Both the position numbers and the translations under genes were made by a program. This document shows positions 9,395-18,808 of a stretch of 64,000 bases of DNA, piece after piece. Positions within the stretch are counted from its first letter, which is position 1. Each line of letters starts with the position of its first letter. The DNA is from a virus (lineage: Duplodnaviria; Caudoviricetes), in IMG/VR virus record IMGVR_UViG_2866816733_000004, positions 1-64,000 of that record; one strand, given 5' to 3'. Below the pieces are notes generated by a model that made no database searches, was not told the DNA's origin, and was given only the letters and a program-made list of their open reading frames with translations.

Positions 9395-9680
9395 TCAGCA
9401 GCTCGGCCGGAGCCTGATGCAGGCCGTGGGGTCGGCGTCTGTGGCCGTCACGATGATCGACAACGCCGCCGGCGGTGACCCGTGGAAGGTCCTCGTCGAG
9501 GTCCGTACCGCACTGGTACGCGGCTTCAACGGCCGCCCGCTCGTTCGACCCCAAACGTGCCCGCGTGGCGTGCACCGCGACTGGTGGGCGGACGCCGAGG
9601 ACCTGGTCTGCCCGTGGTGCCGCATCGCCGCCCTCGAAGGCAACCCCGCTGCGGCGGCCGACGAGACGGACGCGGCATGA
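9384..9680 (+). CDS. Hypothetical protein with Zn-ribbon-like motif
   Basis: CPRGVH..WW..CPWC. Confidence 0.65.
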   Translation: MSDDQQLGRSLMQAVGSASVAVTMIDNAAGGDPWKVLVEVRTALVRGFNGRPLVRPQTCPRGVHRDWWADAEDLVCPWCRIAALEGNPAAAADETDAA

Positions 9681-10159
9681 CCAGCGCTCAGACCGTCAAA
9701 CTCAGCGAGAGTCTCCTGCGGATCGTCCCGGTCCGCTTCCAGGACGCCTGTGGATTCGTGGAGATGTGGCATCGCCATCACGCGCCACCGGTCGGCTGCA
9801 AGTTCTGCCTCGGCGTGGCAGACGATGCCGACGTCCTGCGAGGGGTCGCGATCGTCGGTCGTCCTGTCGCCCGGATGTTCGACAACGGGCTCACTCTCGA
9901 AGTCACTCGGACTGCGACGGATGGCACGGCGAACGCCAACTCGATGCTCTATGGCTCGGCATGGCGGGCGGCAAAGGCGCTCGGCTACCGACGCCTGGTC
10001 ACCTACACCCAGCAGGGTGAGGCTGGCACGAGCCTGCATGCCGCTGGATGGCGAGTCCTTGCCGAGCGGCGATCACGCCCCGGCTGGACGTGTCCCTCTC
10101 GCCCGCGTACGCCGAAAGGCACTGAAGGCATCCCGCGGACATTGTGGGAGGCGTCGTGA
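9677..10159 (+). CDS. XF1762-family protein (Mom-like GNAT fold)
   Basis: WHRHH.PP.G.KF, GVAIVGRPVAR, LEVTR.ATDG..NANSMLYG.AWRAAKALGYRRLVTYT, G.SL.AAGW. Confidence 0.85.
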   Translation: MTSAQTVKLSESLLRIVPVRFQDACGFVEMWHRHHAPPVGCKFCLGVADDADVLRGVAIVGRPVARMFDNGLTLEVTRTATDGTANANSMLYGSAWRAAKALGYRRLVTYTQQGEAGTSLHAAGWRVLAERRSRPGWTCPSRPRTPKGTEGIPRTLWEAS

Positions 10160-10440
10160 CCGGCCGCACTGAGCAGCCCCGCCCGCCGCGTATCACCGGC
10201 TCCGCGGCGGGCGGGGCCACCAGCGCCGGGCAGGCGGGTGGGCGGGCCCCCGAGCGTCCCCTGCCTGCCCGGCCCGAAGCCTTCCTCCTCTGCCTGTGCG
10301 GGCATCTCGGACTGCTGCACAACATTGCGACCGACAAGAAGATCCGCACCGCCTGCTCGGTCCACACCGGTACCGCATGTACGCCCTGCGGATGCCGCAA
10401 GTTCGCCCCTCAACCTTCCACTCCAGGAGATCCCTCATGA
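10156..10440 (+). CDS. Small Cys-rich hypothetical protein
   Basis: CLCGH...H...C...C..CGC..F. Confidence 0.6.
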   Translation: MTGRTEQPRPPRITGSAAGGATSAGQAGGRAPERPLPARPEAFLLCLCGHLGLLHNIATDKKIRTACSVHTGTACTPCGCRKFAPQPSTPGDPS

Positions 10441-10489
10441 CTGATCACGGGCGGCGGCCCGTCACCACAACGGCCGAGGAGCGTGCGTC

Positions 10490-10885
10490 GTGATCACTGA
10501 GGCTGTCATCCGGGTCATCCTCCACTGCTCCCGCTGCAACACCCCGTTCGTCGACGACGACGTGGCGCCTGGCGCCCCGATCCTGTGGGCCCCGACCGAG
10601 CTCGTCGAGGTGTTCCCATCCGACATGAACGAGTGGGACGACGTGCAGGGCTGGATGCGCGTTGGCGCCCGGGTCCTGTGCCCCGGCTGTTGGCGCTCGG
10701 ACCGCGAGGACGCTCTCCCCACTGAGATCACGGCGCTGCCTGCGGTGGACGCGGCGAACGTGGTCCGGGAGCAGACCGGCTACACGTCGGTGGAGGCGCT
10801 CGAGCGGGTGTTCTACAACGTCCGCAAGCGGCCTGGGCTGGACGACGGGTGGCGGCCCGTCACCGGGACGGCCGGTACCTCATGA
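10490..10885 (+). CDS. Zn-ribbon hypothetical protein
   Basis: CSRC...GW...LCPGC; SD GAGGAG. Confidence 0.65.
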   Translation: MITEAVIRVILHCSRCNTPFVDDDVAPGAPILWAPTELVEVFPSDMNEWDDVQGWMRVGARVLCPGCWRSDREDALPTEITALPAVDAANVVREQTGYTSVEALERVFYNVRKRPGLDDGWRPVTGTAGTS

Positions 10886-11139
10886 ACCGCCCTGTCCCCA
10901 TGGCGAGGGACCAACTACTCGCGGTCATCGACGACATCCGCACCCGCGTCGCCAACGGCGACTCGTTCGAAGGCTCGATCGAGTACCTGATGCCCGAGAA
11001 CCCGGGCGGGGGCGTCGACTTCGACGTCCGCGCCGGTTACCGGATCGGCAACTCGATGGGCCAGGGCGGCTTCCGACTCATCGCCGCACCGGAGGCCGAC
11101 GACACCATCCACGCCGACACCACGGGAGGCGCGCCGTGA
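10882..11139 (+). CDS. Hypothetical phage protein
   Basis: ATGA coupling; GDSFEG..YRIGN.MGQGG. Confidence 0.7.
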   Translation: MNRPVPMARDQLLAVIDDIRTRVANGDSFEGSIEYLMPENPGGGVDFDVRAGYRIGNSMGQGGFRLIAAPEADDTIHADTTGGAP

Positions 11140-12023
11140 GTGAGTTCAGCAAGATCGAATGGACCACGCACACGTTCAACCCCTGGTGGGGCTGCGTGCG
11201 CGTGTCACCCGCATGCAGGTTCTGCTACGCCGACGGCCAGGCCCGCCGCTACGGCCACCAGGTGTGGCGCAAGCACGGCCCCCGCCGGATGCTGTCGGAC
11301 GCGAACTGGGCGAAGCCCCTCAAGTGGAACCGCGGCGCCGAACGCGCCGGTATCCCCGCGAAGGTGTTCTGCGCGTCAATGGCGGACGTGTTCGAGGACC
11401 ACCCGGATGTGGCCGAACCCCGCAAACGACTCTGGGACCTCATCGAGGCGACGCCGTGGCTACGGTGGCAGCTCCTCACCAAACGCCCCGAGAACGTCGC
11501 CAGCATGGCGCCCTGGGGCCGTGACTGGCCCTCCCATGTGTGGCTCGGAACGAGCGTGGAGAACCAGCGGTTCGCCGAACAGCGCATTCCCACTCTGCTC
11601 CGCATCCCTGCGGCCGTGCTGTTCCTGTCGTGTGAACCGCTCCTCGGCCCGGTGGATCTCCGCAACATCCGAGCCGGCAACGGCGCCCTGGTCGACTGCC
11701 TGTCCGGCGACGTGAAGACCGCCGACGGACGCGAGGTCTACGCCGCCGCACCGAACTCGGTGTCGTGGGTCATCTCAGGTGGAGAGAGCGGCGCCAAAGC
11801 CAGACCGACTGACGTGGCATGGGTCCGGTCACTGATCGCCCAGTGCCGCGACACGCACGCCGCACCGTTCGTGAAGCAGCTCGGTACCGCATGGGCTGCC
11901 GGCATGTTCGTCGGTGGCCGATCTGTCGCCGCTCAGGGAGACCGCAAGGGCGGCGACCCCGAGTACTGGGACGCTGACCTGCGCATCCGTGAGCTGCCGT
12001 ACAACGTCGGGGTGGGTGCGTGA
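11136..12023 (+). CDS. Phage Gp37/Gp68 family (DUF5131) radical-SAM-like protein
   Basis: SKIEWT.HTFNPWWGC.RVSPACRFCYA, VFCASMADVFE, LLTKRPEN, FLSCEPLLGP, WVISGGESG. Confidence 0.92.
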   Translation: MSEFSKIEWTTHTFNPWWGCVRVSPACRFCYADGQARRYGHQVWRKHGPRRMLSDANWAKPLKWNRGAERAGIPAKVFCASMADVFEDHPDVAEPRKRLWDLIEATPWLRWQLLTKRPENVASMAPWGRDWPSHVWLGTSVENQRFAEQRIPTLLRIPAAVLFLSCEPLLGPVDLRNIRAGNGALVDCLSGDVKTADGREVYAAAPNSVSWVISGGESGAKARPTDVAWVRSLIAQCRDTHAAPFVKQLGTAWAAGMFVGGRSVAAQGDRKGGDPEYWDADLRIRELPYNVGVGA

Positions 12024-12676
12024 TGGCCCGCTCCCGTGAGATGGACCCGCAGTGGGCGACCGTCCGCGCCGCACGCCAGGCCGACACCCACAAGCGCCCC
12101 ATCGGCAAGCAGATCGACGCTGAACACATCCTGGTCATGCCGCCCGTGGAGGACACGGTCGAGGCCGCAGAACGGTGGGAGGCCGCAACGAAGGTCACCG
12201 ACCTCGCCGCCGGGCAGCACGCCTGCGAGCTGAACCCGGCGCGCGGGGTGACGCTCTGCACCCACCCCGATCACGACCGGGACGCCGACGCCGCACGAGA
12301 CGCCCTCGACGCGCTGGGCCTCCCCAGCGACCAGAGCGACACAGAAGACACCTACACGCCGCCCGCCAAGCCGAAGGCCCGACTCGGCCGGTCGGCGTCA
12401 CAGCGACCCGACTGGGCCTGGCAGGACCAAGCAGCGTGCCGCGGCAAAGACCTCACCTTCTTCTTCGGCGCCCCCGGCGAACCATCCGCCGACAGGCAAC
12501 TCCGGGAGTTCTACGCGACCAGGTTCTGCCGGTCGTCCTGCCCCGTCCTCGACGCCTGCCGAACGCACGCGTTCGAACGGAACGAACGGGACGGCGTTTG
12601 GGGCGGGCTCACCGAAGACCAACGCAAGGCCGCACGCCGTAACTGGCAGCGCAGGCAGCGGGGGACAGCGGCATGA
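12020..12676 (+). CDS. WhiB-family transcription factor with N-terminal extension
   Basis: WQDQAACRG...FFF...C..CPV...C...GVWGGLTEDQR. Confidence 0.9.
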   Translation: MMARSREMDPQWATVRAARQADTHKRPIGKQIDAEHILVMPPVEDTVEAAERWEAATKVTDLAAGQHACELNPARGVTLCTHPDHDRDADAARDALDALGLPSDQSDTEDTYTPPAKPKARLGRSASQRPDWAWQDQAACRGKDLTFFFGAPGEPSADRQLREFYATRFCRSSCPVLDACRTHAFERNERDGVWGGLTEDQRKAARRNWQRRQRGTAA

Positions 12677-12906
12677 CCTCCTGCCCCCATCCCCTCATCC
12701 AGCAGCTGACCGCCGAACGCATCCGCCGCGGCCTGTCCCAGCGCACCGCAGCTACCCGCGCCGGCGTCTCCGCCTCCACCGTCTGCATGTGGGAGACCGG
12801 CTCTTCACCGTCCCTGACCCTCCTGGAGATTTACGCGGAGTCATTGGGCTTCCACCTCAACCTGGTTGCGGTCGCCCACGCGACACCGGGCGAGGCGACG
12901 CCATGA
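12673..12906 (+). CDS. XRE-family HTH protein
   Basis: ERIRRGLSQRTAATRAGVSASTVCMWETG.SPSL. Confidence 0.85.
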   Translation: MTSCPHPLIQQLTAERIRRGLSQRTAATRAGVSASTVCMWETGSSPSLTLLEIYAESLGFHLNLVAVAHATPGEATP

Positions 12907-13331
12907 CCGCCGCCCACGAACTCGACGCCCTCATCGACGAGGCGCTACCTGCGGCAACCGAGCTGTCGGTGTGCGTCCGCGACCGCGACGCGACCGGCGT
13001 CCACGCCGTCCTCGGTCCCGTCCTGGACACCGGCGACCGCGACCAGGTCGCGGCGCTGATCATCGCACTCGCGGTGATGATCCCCGATGACCTTCCGTTC
13101 GGGGACCTGGTCGCCTGGACACACGGCCCCCACGTCTCACAGGAGGCGTACGCCGAGATCGTCAACCTCGTCCGCCCCGGCCACAAACGCTGCTCAGCGT
13201 GCCGTGAGGTCCAGCCGCTGTCGGAGTTCCGCCGGGACCGCAGGAAACGCGACGGCCACAAGTCCCGCTGCTGCTCCTGCCTGTCCACCGCCTCCCGAAG
13301 CACGGTCGGCAGGAGAGAAGGGGCAGCCTGA
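12903..13331 (+). CDS. Hypothetical protein with C-terminal Zn finger
   Basis: KRCSACREVQPLSEF.RD..K.DG..S.C..C. Confidence 0.7.
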   Translation: MTAAHELDALIDEALPAATELSVCVRDRDATGVHAVLGPVLDTGDRDQVAALIIALAVMIPDDLPFGDLVAWTHGPHVSQEAYAEIVNLVRPGHKRCSACREVQPLSEFRRDRRKRDGHKSRCCSCLSTASRSTVGRREGAA

Positions 13332-13333
13332 TG

Positions 13334-13537
13334 TCAAGAGTCGGCTGTCTCAGCGTTCACGATCTTTCGGACGGTCTCTCGAGACCACCCGGTGACTTCG
13401 GCGACATCTACGATCTGCCATTCGCCGGACTTCACGGCATCACGTACGGCGTCGTCAAGTCTCGCCCGAGCCTCGGTGAGGCGTGTCTCGGCGCGCTTGT
13501 GGGCGCGCATCGCCGCAATGAGGTCTCGCTGAGCCAT
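13334..13537 (-). CDS. Small helix + HTH protein (antisense insert)
   Basis: WQIVDVAEVTGWSRETVRKIV HTH; GACACT -10-like hexamer 6 nt upstream of ATG (leaderless). Confidence 0.75.
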   Translation of the reverse strand: MAQRDLIAAMRAHKRAETRLTEARARLDDAVRDAVKSGEWQIVDVAEVTGWSRETVRKIVNAETADS

Positions 13538-13687
13538 GCGCCCAGTGTCCCACGAGACGCCAACCACACCTACATTGGCGTAGGGTTGCGCAAACTAACT
13601 TGGCATAGTTACATGCTAACTCAATGGCCGCGCTGAGCAGGCCGTAGCCCACCTATCCGCGACCTAGCAGGGGGAGCACCAGCACAG

Positions 13688-14347
13688 ATGGCTGTCAGCA
13701 AGAAGCTCCGCTTCGAGGTCTTCCGGCGGGATGGCTTCACGTGCCGTTACTGCGGGAGGACCGCTGTGGACGGCGCTGTCCTTGAGCCGGACCACGTCGT
13801 TCCCCGCGCACGGGGAGGCAAGGACGTGGCTACCAACCTCGTCACGGCCTGCGAGTCCTGCAACTCCGGCAAGAGCGACACGCCGCTGGAGAGCCCGCCT
13901 ATCGACGATGTCCCCTTCGACCTCTTCCGGCGCGCATGCAACGAGCGGGGGATCACTCCACCTGCGGGCCACCTGATGGACACGGACTCGGCGGTAGATG
14001 AGGACACCACATTCCTGGCCGGTCGGCGCAGCCTGGCCTACCAGGTGCTCGGGATGGCGAACGACTGGGACCGCCGCCACGCAGTCCAGCAAGCACTTCG
14101 AGCTGCGGCGCCGCACGAACCGACGCAGGAGGAACTTGACCTGTGCGCTGGGGTCATCGCCGCCGAGAGCGCGTTCTGTGACCTGGAACGCCTGTGCGAG
14201 ATCCTCATGGGCTTCTTGCACGCGATACCGGGGGGGCGCCAGACCTGGGTGGACGCCGTCGCATTTCTGAAGGAGACCAAGGACGGACATCTTCGCCCGA
14301 CGGACATCATTGAGGAAGCCGTCAACCGCATCCTGACGAGCGTCTGA
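13688..14347 (+). CDS. HNH endonuclease-domain protein (replication-associated)
   Basis: MAVSKKLRFEVFRRDGFTCRYCG...DHVVP...GG...NLVTACESCNSGKS. Confidence 0.88.
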   Translation: MAVSKKLRFEVFRRDGFTCRYCGRTAVDGAVLEPDHVVPRARGGKDVATNLVTACESCNSGKSDTPLESPPIDDVPFDLFRRACNERGITPPAGHLMDTDSAVDEDTTFLAGRRSLAYQVLGMANDWDRRHAVQQALRAAAPHEPTQEELDLCAGVIAAESAFCDLERLCEILMGFLHAIPGGRQTWVDAVAFLKETKDGHLRPTDIIEEAVNRILTSV

Positions 14348-15390
14348 TGGCCTGGGCTCGCGTCGACGACGGTTTCGACGACCACCCCAAGATTCTCGGG
14401 CTCCTTGAGGAGGAGCAGGGACCAGCGGCTATCGGACTGTGGACGCTGTGCCTGACTTGGGCGCACCGCAATACGAGACGCAAGGGCAAGACCCCGGGTC
14501 TCATCCCGGTCGGCCTGCCGCGACGCTACGTCGGGCCAGCAGGCAGGGAACTCGCGAAACTGCTTGTCGCCCATGAACTGTGGGATGAGCACGACAGCGG
14601 TTGGATGATCCACGACTTTTCCGAGTACCTGCCGACCGAGGAGACCAAGGCAGCGCGTTCCGCCGCAGGAAAGAAGGGCGCGGCGAAGCGCTGGGCTGGC
14701 AAGCGCGCGTCAGATGCCAGAGCCGACGAAGCAGAAGCAAAGCAAACCGATGGCAACTTGCCATCCGATAGCCATGACGGCGCTAGCAACGACGTAGCAA
14801 CCGATGGCTCGCGCGCGCCTGCGCACCGGGCTATCCCTTACGGGATAGCACCCACCCCCACCCCCGAACCCGGTGATGAACCTTCGGTTCACCACGACAC
14901 GTCGGACGGCGGCGCCGCCGACGATCCCGATGACGATTCCGACGAAGACGAGGAGCAGGACGACCAGCGAGACGACGTCGAACGTGTCTGCCGGCACCTC
15001 GCCGATCGCGTCCAAGGCAATGGCTCAAAGCGCCCCCGAGTGTCCAAGACCTGGCGGCGAGAAGCCCGACTGCTGATGGACAGCGACGGGCGCACCGAAG
15101 AACAGGTTCACCGCGCGATCGACTGGTGCCAGGACAGCAAATTCTGGCGACGCAACGTGATGTCGATGCCGAAGCTGCGCGCTCAGTACGACCGCATGCG
15201 CCTCGAAGCCGAAGAGCAACGAGATCGAGCCTCGCCTGATCAGCGCGATCCCGGGCCGGGACGTTCGACCACAGATGAGCGTGTCGCCCAAGCCCAAGCG
15301 CTCAAGGAACGCCGCCGCGCTCGCGCCGAAGGGGCCAACCCTGACGGCACCCTCATCCCCCCGAACACCATCCTCGGAGAGGTGGTCTGA
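14347..15390 (+). CDS. Phage replication initiator-like protein
   Basis: MAWARVDDGFDDHPK N-terminus, GWMIHDF, C-terminal AIDWCQDSKFWRRNVMSMPKLRAQYD; internal iteron-like repeats. Confidence 0.8.
   Translation: MAWARVDDGFDDHPKILGLLEEEQGPAAIGLWTLCLTWAHRNTRRKGKTPGLIPVGLPRRYVGPAGRELAKLLVAHELWDEHDSGWMIHDFSEYLPTEETKAARSAAGKKGAAKRWAGKRASDARADEAEAKQTDGNLPSDSHDGASNDVATDGSRAPAHRAIPYGIAPTPTPEPGDEPSVHHDTSDGGAADDPDDDSDEDEEQDDQRDDVERVCRHLADRVQGNGSKRPRVSKTWRREARLLMDSDGRTEEQVHRAIDWCQDSKFWRRNVMSMPKLRAQYDRMRLEAEEQRDRASPDQRDPGPGRSTTDERVAQAQALKERRRARAEGANPDGTLIPPNTILGEVV
14728..14810. repeat. Putative replication origin iterons within initiator gene
   Basis: AGCAA(A)CCGATGGC x2, TAGCAAC x2, palindrome GATGGCAA-C-TTGCCATC at 14749-14765. 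Confidence 0.5.
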
Positions 15391-15977
15391 TGACTGACGA
15401 TGAGGTCGTTGACCTGCTGACCCTGATGGCGTCGTTCGACCGCCGCACCGTCGGCGACGCTGATGTCGACGCTTGGCTCATGGCCGTCGGTGATCTCCCG
15501 TTCGCCGACGCAAAGGTCGCCGTCGTAAAGCACTACCGCGAGTCGCGGGAATGGTTGATGCCAGCCGACGTGCGACGCGCTGTCCGCGCGATCCGCGAGG
15601 AGCGGATCAAGGTACGGCCTCTGCCCGCGCCAACGCCTGATGAGGCCGTCGATCCTCGGGTCTACAAACAGCGGATGGCAGACATCATCCACCGCGTCGG
15701 TAACGGCAAGATGCCGTTCCGTGCGATCACCGCTGGTGGCGGCGCAGAGCCCTCAACCGAGTACCAGGAGGCGCGGTCGCAGGAAGACCGCGACCGGGTG
15801 CTCGCTCAGACAGTGCCCTGTCCGGTCGATTGGTGCCCGGCGCTCGCGGGAGAACCGTGTCGGCCGTCGCCGACGCAGGAGCCCCTGACGACGTGGCACC
15901 CGTCGCGCCTCCAGGTCGCCCGTGGTGAAGAGCCTAGGCCGATCAACAAGCAGAGCACTGCGGGTGAGGCGTCATGA
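15390..15977 (+). CDS. Helicase loader/inhibitor-like protein with C-terminal Zn finger
   Basis: LLTLMASFDRRTVGDADVDAW...AVVKHYRESREWLMPADV; CP..WC.A..GEPC...H.SR. Confidence 0.7.
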   Translation: MTDDEVVDLLTLMASFDRRTVGDADVDAWLMAVGDLPFADAKVAVVKHYRESREWLMPADVRRAVRAIREERIKVRPLPAPTPDEAVDPRVYKQRMADIIHRVGNGKMPFRAITAGGGAEPSTEYQEARSQEDRDRVLAQTVPCPVDWCPALAGEPCRPSPTQEPLTTWHPSRLQVARGEEPRPINKQSTAGEAS

Positions 15978-16336
15978 CGCCCGCGGAGGTCCAGGACCTT
16001 CTGGTTGAGGTATGCCGTGTGTTTCCGCGTCAGGCCGATGAGGCGATGGATCCCGAGCAGTGGCGGAAGGGGCTCGAAGGCGTTCGGTACGCGGAGGCGC
16101 TGATCGCGGTGGCGATGTTGCGACTGTTTCGGCACAGGGTCAAGCCGAGCCATGTCCTTGACCGCGTGATCCTTACCCGGAGGAATGTCCAAGAGCCGTC
16201 CGGTGCTGCTTGGGAGGCTCGCCGAGCACGCCACAACGGCGTGGAGTACCAGGGCGGCCCGGTCTGTTGGCCGCCGGACATCTGCGTTGGGTCGTGCGCC
16301 ACTTGCCCGAACGATCCGGCGGCGGTGGCCCCGTGA
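15974..16336 (+). CDS. Hypothetical protein, weakly similar to the upstream loader-like domain
   Basis: MTPAEVQDLL...W..GL..V.YAEAL.AV pattern. Confidence 0.6.
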   Translation: MTPAEVQDLLVEVCRVFPRQADEAMDPEQWRKGLEGVRYAEALIAVAMLRLFRHRVKPSHVLDRVILTRRNVQEPSGAAWEARRARHNGVEYQGGPVCWPPDICVGSCATCPNDPAAVAP

Positions 16337-16602
16337 GCGATGTCGAGATCCAGGCGGCGGAGAACCGTGCCGCAGGTGAACTTGAGCGGCGGCTCCGCCC
16401 GATCGTGACGATCCAGGACGTGCGGGCGTTCGCTGAGCGGTTCATTGCGGACCTGCGTGCGGAGGGCTGGCGTCCGCCGCTGCGCCCGAACCCGGGCTGG
16501 AAGCAGCACGCGGCCCAGCCGGGTGCTGGCCCGAATGACGACTGGCGGGCGGCGAAGGAAGCGCTGCTCCGCGACACCCAGGGAGGCTCTGATGGCGCGT
16601 GA
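16333..16602 (+). CDS. Hypothetical phage protein
   Basis: GTGA coupling. Confidence 0.65.
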   Translation: MSDVEIQAAENRAAGELERRLRPIVTIQDVRAFAERFIADLRAEGWRPPLRPNPGWKQHAAQPGAGPNDDWRAAKEALLRDTQGGSDGA

Positions 16603-17005
16603 GCCGCATCCCCTGGTCGCCGAACTCAAATCGGTTCGTGAGGGCGCTGGGCTGTCGGTGTGGGAAGCCGCGCGCCGCGCTGGTCTGGCGACTGCGGTGG
16701 TCCGGGATTGGGAGTCGGGGCGCAGCGAGCCGACCGTGGTCGCGTTGGAGAAGTACCTGGCGGTGTTCGGGCGGCGGCTGTGGTCGGCCGGCGCCGAAGC
16801 TGAGGTGCTCCACGCGGAGGCGGTCCGCCGGCTGGAGTTGGAGACGCTGCCGGACCGACCGACACAGCCCGAGCTCCCGCCGGTGACGCCCGACCAGGCC
16901 GCGGAGAACCGGCGCGTCTTGGCGGCGGCGCTCGGGATCACCGATGACCTGCCGTTGTCGCCCGCCGCGATCGTTGAGGAGTTCAACCGGAGGGCAGCGG
17001 CATGA
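16592..17005 (+). CDS. XRE-family HTH protein
   Basis: LKSVREGAGLSVWEAARRAGLATAVVRDWESGRSEPT. Confidence 0.82.
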   Translation: MAREPHPLVAELKSVREGAGLSVWEAARRAGLATAVVRDWESGRSEPTVVALEKYLAVFGRRLWSAGAEAEVLHAEAVRRLELETLPDRPTQPELPPVTPDQAAENRRVLAAALGITDDLPLSPAAIVEEFNRRAAA

Positions 17006-17343
17006 CGGCGTTGTGGCTGGTGAAGACGCTTCCCGCTGTCGACTATCCGGAGCATGCCGGGCTGCCGGTGACGTGGAGGCCGTGGCAGCTGCCGCAGCGG
17101 TTCTCGAAGCTTGTACTCGGCTGTGAGGCGTGCGGCACGGACGGGCAGGTGTGGTCAACGACCGGGCTCGTCGGCCCACCGTCGGAGGTGCTACCGCCGC
17201 AGCGGACGTGGCGGACACCGCGCCTGTATGCGTTCCGGTGCGCGCCGTGCGGAGCGATGACGGCCTACGACTCAGGCTCGTCGGGCGCTGATTGGACTGA
17301 GATCGACCTTCAGAGCCCGGCAGCCGAGGGCGTGATCGCGTGA
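17002..17343 (+). CDS. Zn-ribbon hypothetical protein
   Basis: CEACG...RCAPCG. Confidence 0.65.
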   Translation: MTALWLVKTLPAVDYPEHAGLPVTWRPWQLPQRFSKLVLGCEACGTDGQVWSTTGLVGPPSEVLPPQRTWRTPRLYAFRCAPCGAMTAYDSGSSGADWTEIDLQSPAAEGVIA

Positions 17344-17470
17344 CCGCTTTGGCTGTGGGTGTGTTCGCCGGGTTCACGGTGCAGTCGCTGGTGTTCCCGT
17401 TCTCGCTTCCTCCGACCCGTCCGCGGCCTGCAGCTGCGGTGGTGGAAGACAACGGGCCTGGGAGGCGACC

Positions 17471-17770
17471 GTGACCACATCGAGAGAGCTGCGCTGCACG
17501 TGGATCGCGCCGTCGGAAGACCCCGACGCCAGGCTGCTGGTGCCGGGCTGCATGGAACGGGTCCAGGACTGGGACGCCGACTGCACCTGCAAGTCCAGCG
17601 CGGAGGAGCTCGACGAGTTGGAGGCGCGCGTCGCCGAACTCGAACAGCAACTCGATGCGCAGCGGGACCGCTACTCGTCGCTGCACAGCGCGGACTTCCG
17701 CGAGTGGCGCAAGCAGAAGGCGGCTGTACGCAAAGCCAACGACATGCACGGAACGGAGATCCCCTCATGA
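17471..17770 (+). CDS. Hypothetical protein (Cys motif + coiled coil)
   Basis: LVPGCM..DCTC; SD GGAGG. Confidence 0.65.
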   Translation: MTTSRELRCTWIAPSEDPDARLLVPGCMERVQDWDADCTCKSSAEELDELEARVAELEQQLDAQRDRYSSLHSADFREWRKQKAAVRKANDMHGTEIPS

Positions 17771-18138
17771 GCGACACCTTGAATGACCTCGCCCCGTGGC
17801 CAGCGACCGAGGCCGACGTGACCGCAGAGTCCTTGGCCCGGTACCTGGCGGTCCGCGCACAGGCACACCAGACCCACCGGAAGACGGCGTCGTCTCCGGA
17901 GGGCCGGGAGTGGGCGACGTCGGCGACCGTGGACATGTTCGGGCTCGTGAAATTGCTGCGGATTCTGCAGGAGGTCGCGCCGGAGACGGCGGACGAGGCC
18001 GCGAAGGGCTTGTGGTCGGACTGGCAGGACGGCGCCCCAGTCGACGAGTGGCTGTGGTCGTGGCTGACGGAGTACGGCATCGACCCGGAGGCTGTGAACC
18101 GGGCCGCGGTTGACCTGTCTCGGACGGAGGCGGCGTGA
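17767..18138 (+). CDS. Hypothetical phage protein
   Basis: ATGA coupling, high GC3. Confidence 0.65.
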   Translation: MSDTLNDLAPWPATEADVTAESLARYLAVRAQAHQTHRKTASSPEGREWATSATVDMFGLVKLLRILQEVAPETADEAAKGLWSDWQDGAPVDEWLWSWLTEYGIDPEAVNRAAVDLSRTEAA

Positions 18139-18368
18139 GCGCGCCGAAGCCGAAGACCGGTACCTGCGGCAAGTGTGAGCAGGCCCGGCCGCTGTTCCCC
18201 GCGAGGAAGGAATGGGGCGACGTCCCTGAGTCGATGTGCTCGCCCTGTTGGCAGGTCTTCGCGGAGGCCCGCGCGAACGGCACGTTCGTGGATTGGGGTG
18301 ACGCGTTCGACAACGCCACTGACGAGCAGCTCAACGAGCACGTCTCCGGCTACGAGGTGGGGCCGTGA
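18135..18368 (+). CDS. Small Zn-ribbon protein
   Basis: CGKC...CSPC. Confidence 0.6.
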   Translation: MSAPKPKTGTCGKCEQARPLFPARKEWGDVPESMCSPCWQVFAEARANGTFVDWGDAFDNATDEQLNEHVSGYEVGP

Positions 18369-18808
18369 TGCGGATTCTCGTCACCGGCTCCCGCGCCTGG
18401 CAAGACGTGGACGCGATCGTCGACGCTCTCGACGAGGCGTACTTCGGTAGTCAGTGCCAGGAGCCTGTCACGGTCGTTCACGGTGGATGCCCGGACGGCG
18501 CCGACATCATGGCTGCTGCCTGGATTCGTCGCACCCGTGACGCGGGCTGGGCTATCACCGAGGAACGCCATCCCGCGGATTGGCAGAAGCACGGGAAGGC
18601 GGCTGGGTTTCGGCGGAACGCTGAGATGGTCGACGCCGGCGCGGACCTCTGCCTGGCGTTCATCAACCCGTGCTCGAAGCGCGGCTGCCCTGACCCGCAG
18701 CCGCACGGGTCGCATGGCGCATCACATACCGCGGACTTGGCGGAGAAGGCGGGGATCCCGGTGCGCCGGTTCCCGGCCCGGGACACCCGCGGTGGTGATG
18801 CCGCGTGA
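18365..18808 (+). CDS. SLOG-family (DUF2493/YspA-like) protein
   Basis: RILVTGSR.W.D, VVHGGCP.GAD, HPADW..HGKAAG..RN.EMV..GADLCLAF. Confidence 0.88.
   Translation: MMRILVTGSRAWQDVDAIVDALDEAYFGSQCQEPVTVVHGGCPDGADIMAAAWIRRTRDAGWAITEERHPADWQKHGKAAGFRRNAEMVDAGADLCLAFINPCSKRGCPDPQPHGSHGASHTADLAEKAGIPVRRFPARDTRGGDAA

Noticed and set aside
13331-13636. + strand 101-aa ORF coupled to the upstream gene
   Set aside because: No motifs; the opposite-strand HTH gene explains the region better
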